A stretch of 64,000 nucleotides of DNA from Macrostomum lignano. Taxonomy: Eukaryota. The notes under the pieces are model-generated. The model saw only the letters and a list, made by a program, of their open reading frames with translations, ran no database searches and was not told where the DNA came from. Shown in pieces: positions 1 to 11,424 of the stretch. The DNA is taken from assembly GCA_002269645.1 (NCBI GenBank), contig NIVC01003891.1, positions 7,191 through 71,190 on the forward strand, given 5' to 3'. Position 1 is the stretch's first letter; each line of letters starts with the position of its first letter. The translations under genes and the position numbers were made by a program.

Positions 1-2408
1 TTCCAGACTATGGGCTATTAGTGCTCTTAGTTTTTGTATTTCATTTTCTTCTACTCTACTAGTAACTAGTAGTGTCTTATATGTTTCTGGTAGCATTGTA
101 TTATGTTTTATAGGCCCCTAGGCATAGCTGTATGGCTATGGCTCCAGTGAAATTTTATAAGTTATTTTTTAGTAGGCCTAGGTTAATTTTTCTAGCAATG
201 GTGGCCTAGTAAATTATTAATAAATTAATAATATTAATAAATTATTTTGATCTGTTTTCTTTATTTTTAGAATAAATTAGGGCCTATGGCTGGATAAGAT
301 TAAGCATGTACTACTATTTACATTACTATAGTACCTTCTAGGCCTACCAAGTTGCAGCTATTAGCCAACCTCTAATACTTAGAGTTAGACATCACCTACT
401 GCAATCTAGTACTTATAATAGTATATAGATACTATTACTAATTCAATTATATAATCAGTTTGCCAAAATTTAATCAAATACTAAATCGTAATTATAGGCC
501 TACTGATTTGGGCTTCAATAGTAGGGACTCTAATATAGTGAATACAACCTATTTCAACAATATATTAATAGCCACTTCAGTAATTCTAATTGCCATTTCT
601 TGTAATATGTGCTAGGGGTTAGTTTCTTTCCCTACAAATAATTCCACAATGTCACCAAAGTTGTCATAGGGCTTAATTTCTATTTTTATAAATTTTGGTA
701 GCTGCCACCAAGACTATAGTATATTCTATTAATAAATAATGAGTTTATTAATCTTAAAATAAGTTTGAAAAATGTTTTTATAATAAGTCTAAGTACATAT
801 CTGAGTATTTGTCAAAATATATATTTGAGAATTTGTCTGAGTATAAAGAATACTATTTAGCCCTTACAAGTATCATTCTCCTGTTATTCCAGTAGCATTT
901 ACTATTTTCTAGTAGTGTTCTATTAATAATTTGGCCTGAATGGTATATTTCTTTCTTAAGGAACCAGGATGCGCAAGGTTTGTATCTCCTCCTTCAAAAA
1001 TGCTTCTGTTTATACTAAAATTTACTGCTAGTTTAAACAAAAATAGTTTGCATAAAATATTATTAAAAATACGTATAGTATAACAAATGTGTTTTCCTAG
1101 ATTTGACATGCATTCAAAATGAGTTATACAATTACCAATGTTATAAAATAATCAGGAGGGGCCCTGCACAAATAACAAAAAAATGACCATTGGTAATTGC
1201 CACTTCAATAACAAAGCAGATTCATGACTGTCAAATTTGAAAGCAAAGAAAATTAGGCCTAGGCCTAAGCAAAGTACATTTTGAAAATTAAAATTTTATA
1301 AGTAATTGATGAAGAAGAAAGTAGATTCTGTAACTCAGAGATTCTAATGTTTAAAATATTTGGTCAATTTATAAGACATCTTTTGTAGCTAGTATATGCA
1401 TCTGGTACACTCAGTAATTTAAAAATATTTGTTAAAATACTTAAACAAATTGTTTTCTGCATAAATAAAAATCTCTCAAAGTGTACAAGAATATATCTTA
1501 ATTATTTTTTGTTTTTCCTTCAAGTTCATTTGCATATTCTTTTGGAGTATATTAATAAATATATACTATTATCAGTGTTATTCTCATTTGTTATCAAAAT
1601 GGCTATTATGCAATATGCAACAACTATTTTTTTTGTCTTTTAGGCTGTGTAATAGAACCAATATATGTATTTAAAAGATTTCAATTTTTCAATAAATTAT
1701 GCAAGTGCACATGCACAACCTTGGGAATCACTTGGTTGTTTCTATTGGCAACACACACATGTAAATTGCTATTGGCTGAGAACAGTCATGTGACTACTAT
1801 TCCATCCAATGCCTTACTATACTGAGATTAGCAAAATATTTATCTTGTATTGTGGCATAAAGAAGACACAAAAAAGCAAGTATAAAAATTACAAGGTAAA
1901 AGTACAATTAAACTAAAGTTTACATTTTAATTATTAATAGCTGATCAAAATAAGATAGTGACAAAATCGTTTTGTCCAAAGTAAAGTTAAATAAGTCTTG
2001 AAACTTGTGTAAGTTACAAAATTGATGACCAAAGAATAAAAAAGACAAGAATGGGCAGAAAGGAAAGAGGGGGAAGCAGTACAGGGAAGCTAGAAAGTGT
2101 TAAGCCAGTTTAAAAACTTAAATGGCATTTTTAGTCAAATATAACTAATTTGCATAGACAGTGTAATTTCAATGCTGTTTAATAGTTTCTTTCTACATTA
2201 TTAGTTAGCTAGATAAAAAATTGTGAAATAAAAATCTCAATTGGTCAGAAAAACTCTTTTTAACCTTGATTTCTCACTTGGTGGTTGGCTTTGCCAGTTC
2301 CTGTTTTCTTTAATTTCATTCCAATATGCAAATAGTTAGCATAAAGTCTGTGGTACTCTGTGTTTTCATTTTTCATGTAAATTTTGTCATCTAGCAAAAA
2401 AGTTTTTA

Positions 2409-5400
2409 ATGGCTGTCAGAACCGACTTTGAGGGCAGTAGCGATGTTGGCGTTTTCGCCACCCTGACTAACAAATACTGCCTGGTTGCTATTGGTGGCTC
2501 CGAGAATTTCTACTCAGTATTCGAAGGCGAACTCGAAGAGATTCCCGTGATTCACACCTCCATTGCCGGGATTCGCAGCATTGGCCGGATGACTGCCGCT
2601 AACAGCCATGGCCTCATTGTGCCATCCAATACCACAGACCAGGAGCTGCAGCATCTGGTCAATTCTCTGCCAGATGGTGAGTCTGTGCAATAATGCCATT
2701 TGTCATTTTTAGCTGTGCAATAATGCCATTTGTCATTTTTAGCTGTGCAACAATGCCATTTGTCATTTTTAGCTGTGCAACAATGCCGTTTATCATTGTT
2801 AGCTGTGCAACAATGCCGTTTATCATTGTTAGCTGTGCAACAATGCCATTTATCATTGTTAGCTGTGCAACAATGTCATTTGTCATTTTTAGCTGTGCAA
2901 TAATGCCATTTGTCATTTTTAGCTGTGCAACAATGCCATTTGTCATTTTTAGCTGTGCAACAATGCCATTTGTCATTTTTAGCTGTGCAACAATGCCGTT
3001 TATCATTGTTAGCTGTGCAACAATGCCGTTTATCATTGTTAGCTGTGCAACAATGCCATTTATCATTGTTAGCTGTGCAACAATGTCATTTGTCATTGTT
3101 AGCTGTGCAACAAAGCCATTTGTCATTTTTAGCTGTGCAACAATGCCATTTGTCATTTTTAGCTGTGCAACAATGCCGTTTATCATTGTTAGCTGTGCAA
3201 CAATGCCATTTGTCATTTTTAGCTGTGCAACAATGCCATTTGTCATTTTTAGCTGTGCAACAATGCCATTTGTCATTTTTAGCTGTGCAACAATGCCATT
3301 TGTCATTTTTAGCTGTGCAACAATGCCGTTTATCATTGTTAGCTGTGCAACAATGCCGTTTATCATTGTTAGCTGTGCAACAATGCCATTTATCATTGTT
3401 AGCTGTGCAACAATGTCATTTGTCATTGTTAGCTGTGCAACAAAGCCATTTGTCATTTTTAGCTGTGCAACAATGCCATTTGTCATTTTTAGCTGTGCAA
3501 CAATGCCATTTGTCATTTTTAGCTGTGCAACAATGCCGTTTATCATTGTTAGCTGTGCAACAATGCCATTTGTCATTTTTAGCTGTGCAACAATGCCATT
3601 TGTCATTTTTAGCTGTGCAACAATGCCGTTTATCATTGTTAGCTGTGCAACAATGCCATTTGTCATTTTTAGCTAAGCAACAATGCCGTTTATCATTGTT
3701 AGCTGTGCAACAATGCCATTTGTCATTTTTAGCTGTGCAACAATGCCATTTGTCATTTTTAGCTGTGCAACAATGCCATTTGTCATTTTTAGCTGTGCAA
3801 CAATGCCATTTGTCATTTTTAGCTGTGCAACAATGCCATTTGTCATTTTTAGCTGTGCAACAATGCCGTTTATCATTGTTAGCTGTGCAACAATGCCATT
3901 TGTCATTTTTAGCTGTGCAACAATGCCATTTGTCATTTTTAGCTGTGCAACAATGCCGTTTATCATTGTTAGCTGTGCAACAATGCCATTTGTCATTTTT
4001 AGCTAAGCAACAATGCCGTTTATCATTGTTAGCTGTGCAACAATGCCATTTGTCATTTTTAGCTGTGCAACAATGCCATTTGTCATTTTTAGCTGTGCAA
4101 CAATGCCATTTGTCATTTTTAGCTGTGCAACAATGCCATTTGTCATTTTTAGCTGTGCAACAATGCCATTTGTCATTTTTAGCTGTGCAACAATGCCATT
4201 TATCATTGTTAGCTGTGCAACAATGCCATTTGTCATTTTTAGCTGTGCAACAATGCCATTTGTCATTTTTAGCTGTGCAACAATGCCGTTTATCATTGTT
4301 AGCTGTGCAACAATGCCGTTTATCATTGTTAGCTGTGCAACAATGCCATTTGTCATTTTTAGCTGTGCAAAAAAGCCATTTGTGATCATTGAAGAGTGAA
4401 ATTATGACGAATACAAAACTACCAGAGCCCTGTCTGTCCTCATCTTCAGGCGTTGTTGTCCAACGCGTTGAGGAGCGCCTGTCGGCCTTGGGCAACATAA
4501 TCGCATGCAATGACTATTGTGCACTGGTTCACCCGGACTTGGATAGAGAGACAGAAGAAGTGATTGCTGATACGCTCAAGGTAAGTTGATACTTTTAGTA
4601 GCTTATTTAAACAAAAAAATTGATAGGTTTTCAATATTTTTTGTAAAGCATCGGTACGTAGAACGATAAGTTGAGCTTTTAACTTATCGATTTGAAACAT
4701 TGACTGAACGTGCTACTTGCAGTAGAAGTATTGAGGTAACCCGATGAAAGCGTACGCTCGTACCTACGCCAAGAAGCGTCCCAGATGACACAGGTAAAAT
4801 AGAAAAGAAGAGACTCCAAATGACTCTAAAACAACAATATGTCACGGTAGAAGTCACATTGATGCGATTTATTGTCTGCGACTCTGTGGCCGTTAAAGCG
4901 CACTTGCATCGCTTGATGAATCTGAGTCACATCTCGGGCGATTCAACGGCGTTCTCCAGTCGCTGAAAAGTCGCAGAAGAAGCGCTTGACCGTCACTGTA
5001 GAATCGTTAGTGCGTCACTTCTGAGACGCTCTGGATGTGTTACAGAGTGAGGGTTGCCGTTGACCAATCAACATCAAGTCTAGCGTACTCAGTAGTAAGT
5101 TAAGCGCCAACATAACGACTCTTTAACGACATTTTCGTGACCCTTACGATTCTACAACTGACGTGATGCCCTTGTGACTCAACAGGTAATGGAGACATAA
5201 TTGACAAGCTATCAATTTCCCAATAAACCAGGTGGAGGTGTTTCGCCACTCAATCGGCGAGCACCTGCTAGTTGGCAGCCGGTGCGCCCTCACCAATCGC
5301 GGCGGTCTGGTGGACCCGATGACCCCGAAGGCCAGCTTAGACGAGTTGGCCTCCCTGCTGCAGGTGCCGCTAGCCGCTGGCACAATTAACAAAGGCTCGC

Positions 5401-5567
5401 CAGTGATTAGTGCTGGTTTAGTTGTGAACGACTGGATCGGATTCTGCGGAGTGGACACCACGGCCACTGAGTTGGGCCTTGTTGAAAGCGTCTTTCAGCT
5501 GGGCGACAAGCTGCCCTCGTCTGTGGCTGCTAATATGCGCGACGCATTGATCGACACCATGGCCTAG
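2409..5567 (+). CDS. EIF6: Eukaryotic translation initiation factor 6 (3 exons: 2409-2676, 4450-4580, 5232-5567; 244 aa)
   Basis: The translation matches eIF6 ([39 protein letters not shown]...[38 protein letters not shown]...VEVFRH...[14 protein letters not shown]). Donors GTGAGT (2677) and GTAAGT (4581) and acceptors CAG (4449, 5231) give phases 1 and 0 that keep the frame; 735 nt in total. Confidence 0.97.
2683..4385. repeat. 30-bp minisatellite (AGCTGTGCAACAATGCCATTTGTCATTTTT), ~57 copies, filling eIF6 intron 1
   Basis: The 30-bp period is visible as aligned columns; two main variants are interspersed. Confidence 0.98.
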
Positions 5568-5665
5568 GAGGCTCTGATAATGTACGACTGATTTTCTTAA
5601 GTACAGCTTACTGATGACAAGTCTTCATTTGACAGGTTATTGTTATTAACTGGCGAAAATTCCAC

Positions 5666-6188
5666 TGATTAATAGTGGCACAGGTGAAATATTGGCTGGT
5701 TAATAGTGACACAGGTGAAATATTGGCTGATTAATAGTGACACAGGTGAAATATTGGCTGATTAATAGTGACACAGGTGAAATATTGGCTGATTAATAGT
5801 GACACAGGTGAAATATTGGCTGATTAATAGTGACACAGGTGAAGTATTGGCTGATTAATAGTGACACAGGTGAAATATTGGCTGATTAATAGTGACACAG
5901 GTGAAGTATTGGCTGATTAATAGTGACACAGGTGAAATATTGGCTGATTAATAGTGACACAGGTGAAATATTGGCTGATTAATAGTGGCACAGGTGAAGT
6001 ATTGGCTGATTAATAGTGACACAGGTGAAATATTGGCTGATTAATAGTGGCACAGGTGAAATATTGGCTGATTAATAGTGACACAGGTGAAATATTGGCT
6101 GATTAATAGTGGCACAGGTGAAATATTGGCTGATTAATAGTGGCACAGGTGAAATATTGGCTGATTAATAGTGGCACAGGTGAAGTAT
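5666..6188. repeat. 31-bp minisatellite (TGATTAATAGTGACACAGGTGAAATATTGGC), ~17 copies
   Basis: Direct tandem copies starting ~100 bp after the eIF6 stop codon. Confidence 0.95.
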
Positions 6189-6654
6189 TAACAAATGAGA
6201 CCCCCAGTGCCTAATAAAATCAGTTCCTGTCAATGTAGTGATTTTTTGTCACTGATTAATTTTGACTGTTGAAAGTACATCTGAGTAATAATGGCGCTGT
6301 AATTAAAGTAAGTCGATCCATTGCCCCGGATAAACTCCATTGCCGCTTCCCTCATTGTTGCATTCACTCAACTTCAGTTAGGACAAAAAATGTATTTTTT
6401 TAAGAGCAGCCATGCGCATATGCTGTGCAACCGTATCATCAGTGTCCGGTTATATTGTATGTGGCCCAAGCTTTAATAATACACATTATCCTATCTTTGA
6501 GCCAGCTGTCAAGAGTCAACGCTGAAAATTAATTCTACCGCTTGATGAAGAACTTCACCGTTTTGAATTTTGTGTTTCGGTGTTTTTCAATATTTTTACG
6601 AGTGTACACGTTCGATGTTTGAATATTCGTATCTACTCGGTGAAAAAACCACCC

Positions 6655-7350
6655 CTTCACTGCCACCCCCTCCCACCTGTCTTCACTGCCATCACCATCA
6701 TCCCCACCTGTCTTCACTGCCACCCCATCCCCACCTGTCTTCACTGCCACTCCATCCCCACCTGTCTTCACTGCTACTCCATCCCCACCTGTCTTCACTG
6801 CCACCCCATCCCCACCTGTCTTCACTGCCACCCCATCCCCACCTGTCTTCACTGCCACTCCATCCCCACCTGTCTTCACTGCCACTCCATCCCCACCTGT
6901 CTTCACTGCCACTCCATCCCCACCTGTCTTCACTGCCACTCCATCCCCACCTGTCTTCACTGCCACTCCATCCCCACCTGTCTTCACTGCCACCCCATCC
7001 CCACCTGTCTTCACTGCCACTCCATCCCCATCTGTCTTCACTGCCATCCCAGCATCCCCACCTGTCTTCACTGCCACTCCATCCCCACCTGTCTTCACTG
7101 CCATCACCATCATCCCCACCTGTCTTCACTGCCATCACCATCATCCCCACCTGTCTTCACTGCCACCCCAGCATCCCGACCTGTCTTCTCTGCCATCACC
7201 ATCATCCCCACCTGTCTTCACTGCCACCCCAGCATCCCCACCTGTCTTCACTGCCACCCCAGCATCCCCACCTGTCTTCACTGCCACCCAGCATCCCCAC
7301 CTGTCTTCACTGCCACCCCAGCATCCCCACCAGTCTTCACTGCCACCCCA
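6655..7350. repeat. 27-bp minisatellite (CCCCACCTGTCTTCACTGCCACTCCAT), ~25 copies with 30-bp variants
   Basis: Tandem copies seen directly. Confidence 0.95.
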
Positions 7351-7984
7351 CCTTACTCTCTCTCAGGGTCTCTCAGGGAAATCTTCAAATAGGACTAGTT
7401 GGCCGTAGTGCGGTGCTGTTGCACTACTCATAAAATGCAGCTACAATGTCTATTCTGAGCATGCTAAGCTGCAAGCAGGAAGAGTGCGCCGCGCCTATTT
7501 GTCAAAACAAGCCCTCGACTGTCAGCTGGATCTCAGTCAGGCAGCAGAGCCGTTGCAACTGGCTTGGAGCACCATCATTAAGAGCTACAGGTCTATTTTC
7601 GAACTATAATATCGGCTCTATTTCCTCCTCTTCTCGAGTTTGCTCACGTGCTTGCCTGATTGCCAGGGTCTGACTGATACTCCTAAGTCTCTGGCTTTAC
7701 CCTGGACGAGGTGGAGCGCATGTGTGTAATTAACCTGTTGCAGAAATTGCTAGTCTCTTGCCCGAGCGGATGACGTCTATGGGCGGGAAATTCTTAGCCC
7801 GGAGCTTTGCGCTTGCTTTTGCTAAATCACTGCGGAGGAGGCAATGTGTAGTTGAGAGTGCCTGCTAATGCATGCGATTGCTGTTTGATTGTTTACTTTA
7901 CTGTGTAAGACCGTGCCAGATGTCTTTCTGCTCTCGTAATTTTTAATTTCTGTTATACTTACAATTTTTCTCCTGTCTCATTCG

Positions 7985-8400
7985 CCCCCTTTCCCTCTCC
8001 TCTCCCTTTCCGTCTACCTCTCCCCTCTCCCACTCTCCCTTTCCGTCTACCTCTCCCTCTCTCCCTTTCCGTCTCCCCTCTCCCTCTCTCCCTTTCCGTC
8101 TCCCCTCTCCGTCTCTCCCTCTCCTCTCTCCATCCCCCCCTCTCCCTTTCCGTCTCTCCCTCTCCTCTCTCCCTCTCCCCTTCTCCCTTTCCGTCTCTCC
8201 CTCTCCTCTCTCCCTCTCCCCCTCTCCCTTTCCGTCTCTCCCTCTCCTCTCTCCCTCTCCCCCTCTCCCTTTCCGTCTCTCCCTCTCCTCTCTCCCTCTC
8301 CCCCTCTCCCTTTCCGTCTCTCCCTCTCCTCTCTCCCTCTCCCCCTCTCCCTTTCCGTCTCTCCCTCTCCTCTCCTTTTCTGTCTCTCCCTCCCCCCCTG
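7985..8400. repeat. CT-rich low-complexity tandem array (CTCTCCCTTTCCGTCTCTCCCTCTCCT...)
   Basis: Pure pyrimidine strand with a recurring CCCTTTCCGTC motif. Confidence 0.9.
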
Positions 8401-9231
8401 CTCCCGTCCATCTTCCCCCGACCTCTACTAAGTATTTAATATCCCCAAGCAACATCTATCATTGATTAAAAATCACTTTGAATGTAAAACTTGCATCTCC
8501 CGGTACAGGTTTCCGCTGCGGCCACCCTCCGCCGCCGCAGCCGCTAGACTCATGGCGGGATCCCATGAGAATCCCTATGCGCGCGCGGACTTCGGACGCA
8601 AATCCCTGCCCGATCCGATCTTCAGAATCCCGCCGACACTCTTTGCCAACCTGAGCCAAACGCGGCCTGTGCTTCATGTCCCCCTTCCTTGATGCAGAGG
8701 GTGATGATACGGTTTGGAAGCGCATTCGAGCTCCTGAGTCCTCTCTCCTTTCCCGCAGCTCTGCAGTCCCGGGAGAGAAGCGCTGGCGTCAGACAGAGAG
8801 AGGGGGGCAGAAGAAGAAAGAGAGTTCTCATGTAATCCCTGCGGCAAAAATGCGGGGACACGGGCCGCAGGACGGAACGGGGGGCACTCTCGTCCATTGC
8901 CTTTTATTTTTCTTTTTTTTGTTCCCCTCCAGCTGCAGTGGCGAGTAAAAGCGAATGAAGGGAGGCAACTGCCGTTTGAGTTTTTGAAAATCGGCTTGCC
9001 TGAGTGAGTTCTTTAACTAGCGGCCTTTCTGCTTCACACGATGCTTTCCTGTGCTTTCTTTATATGCGTTTTCGCCTCACCTAGCTTCGAATTGCTGCGT
9101 TTTGACACTGTTAACGTAGCTGACCTTCTAAATTATTATCATGTGCACCTGTGTAACTATTCATCTGCGGCATCTGTTGTGTTTATATTCTATCTGTCTG
9201 ACTTTTCGGCGGCTGCCTTGGTGCCTGTTCT

Positions 9232-9257
9232 AGTGTCTGTCTGTCTGTCTGTCTGTG

Positions 9258-9308
<51 letters not shown>

Positions 9309-9309
9309 G

Positions 9310-9344
<35 letters not shown>

Positions 9345-9345
9345 G

Positions 9346-9404
<59 letters not shown>

Positions 9405-9448
9405 GTGTCTGTCTGTCTGTCTGTCTGTCTGTCCTGTCTGTCTGTCTG

Positions 9449-9484
<36 letters not shown>

Positions 9485-9512
9485 CTGTCTGTCTGTCCTG
9501 TCTGTCTGTCTG

Positions 9513-9577
<65 letters not shown>

Positions 9578-9687
9578 GCCTGCCTGTCTGTGTCTGTCTG
9601 TCTTTCTGTCTGTCTGTCTGTGTCTGTCTGTCTGTCTGTCTGCCTGTCTGTCTGTCTGTCTGTCTGTCTGTCCTGTCTGTCTGTCTG

Positions 9688-9723
<36 letters not shown>

Positions 9724-9751
9724 CTGTCTGTCTGTCCTGTCTGTCTGTCTG

Positions 9752-9824
<73 letters not shown>

Positions 9825-9902
9825 GCCTGCCTGTCTGTGTCTGTCTGTCTTTCTGTCTGTCTGTCTGTGTCTGTCTGTCTGTCTGTCTGTCGGTCTGTCT
9901 GT
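9232..9902. repeat. (TCTG)n microsatellite, left part
   Basis: TCTG tetramers with variant blocks (TCCTG, TGTG, TTTCTG, GCCTG). Confidence 0.97.
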
Positions 9903-10810
9903 GTTACTGTCTGTGTGTTTACTTGGACCTTTCGTCGGTTCAGTTGCCGCATTAGCTGGACCTTTCGGTTTAGGTGGACAGCGTAGGTGGACCACCGAAT
10001 AACTTTGCTCCAGACAACGTTGAGTGGTTTATAAGGACCACAAAACAGAGCAATGGATGTCAGGAATGAGTGCCGCAAAGCGCAACATTCATCGGCATTC
10101 ATGTTCAGAAAAAAATGCATTTCAGTTTACATGGACTTTTTGCGATGTCCACCTAAACCGGGTCTGAAAGGTCCAGCTAAACAAAAATTGTCAATGAAAA
10201 TTTCTGAATTTGTCTGTTGCAGTCTGTTTCAGTCTGTTTCAGTCTGTTAGCAATTTACCTTTTTACAACATCTTTTACGCCAAAAAAGTAATATATTTAA
10301 TTTCCGTGATCTTAAATTAGGCACACACGGCTTTGTTAAGCTTTCTTCAAAGCCTTCCCACGGTTTTGTGCCCGAAAAATATTCGAATGACGGTTCCTTT
10401 ATCACGTTAGCTGCTGATAGTAGTTTAAATGGATATTGTATCCTATAGGCCTATCGACTTTCCTTCTTTTAGATTCCTTTTGATATTTGATATTTATAAA
10501 AGTGTCGAACCACAATAAGAAATAATCCTGGTGGAGAGTTTCGGCCTTGAGAAGAAGGTTCTGCTCTCAGATCCCTGTTTAGGGGTGGGGAAGCACCAAA
10601 CCAAGCTCAAAGCGAAGGTCTGATATTTTTTATTTTAGTTTAGCCTGGGTCCCACTAAACACAGTTGCACGCACATCAAATCGTCTGTTGAGGTCCATGT
10701 AAACGAAACTCGAAGCGCACAACACAGTCACACAGACTAGAGCTGCATTGGTTAAGGACTGATTTCGGAGAGGTTGGTAAAAATCGGACCACCCCCACTG
10801 GGAATGCCAG

Positions 10811-10880
10811 CCAATAGGAGCAGTCCAAGGGACAGACAGTCCGTCGACTAAACGAGTCAGAGAGGGGCAGAGCTATAAAA
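10811..10880 (+). promoter_or_regulatory. Candidate Pol II core promoter (CCAAT box 10811-10815, TATA box TATAAAA 10874-10880) inside the TIR element
   Basis: AGCCAATAGG and GCTATAAAAG at canonical spacing. Motif evidence only. Confidence 0.35.
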
Positions 10881-11424
10881 GTGAAAACCTTTGGTCTAGC
10901 TAAAACAGGCTTACATGGACCACCTAATTTCTCGGATAGACTGAAACATTCAACTGAACTGTCAATAGTCAATACACGAGAAGACACGAATGTCTCGCAG
11001 GAGATATCCCAATAACACAGAGTCCCGGAGAGGTGCAACAGTAACAGATGTTACATCAAGTGGACTGGATACCTAAGGTAAGCATAAAATGAAAAGATTC
11101 AATTTAAAAGATTGACTTCCTCGCATTCTAATTCTCTAGTAAAACCAAGCCTTTGGATTACTACGTAGCTAATAAAACAACACACGACTTTTAGATCTAA
11201 CTACTTGGGAGCCAGTGAAAAATGTTTTCGACGACGTTTTTGAAAAATTGCATTGAAATTGCAGTAAGTACCAAAACGAAGTGTTATTTAGGATGAAAAA
11301 ATGATAAACATTAGTAAAGAGCCTCAATAAGAACCTACTCAATCGAAATTTCAGAAATATGTTTTCCTGCCAGACCAAAAAGCAAAATCTACCAGGTAAG
11401 CAAATCGGTGCACATACAACTTAA

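Noticed and set aside
2659-4510. Long ORFs (e.g. [10 protein letters not shown]..., [10 protein letters not shown]..., [10 protein letters not shown]...) on both strands
   Set aside because: They are translations of the 30-bp minisatellite inside eIF6 intron 1; a unit length divisible by 3 keeps frames open.
7400-7690. Protein-like minus-strand reading (QTLAIRQAREQTREEEEIEPIL...)
   Set aside because: It has in-frame stops and no recognisable family.
8459-8948. GC-rich short ORFs (e.g. 8462-8692)
   Set aside because: No recognisable domain or supporting exon chain; cannot be supported without expression data.
6535-9995. HPHLSSLP, GDGVAVKTG, ERERGEG, CLSV and TDRQ repeat ORFs
   Set aside because: They arise from 27-bp, CT-rich and TCTG repeats; open in several frames with no unique coding flanks.
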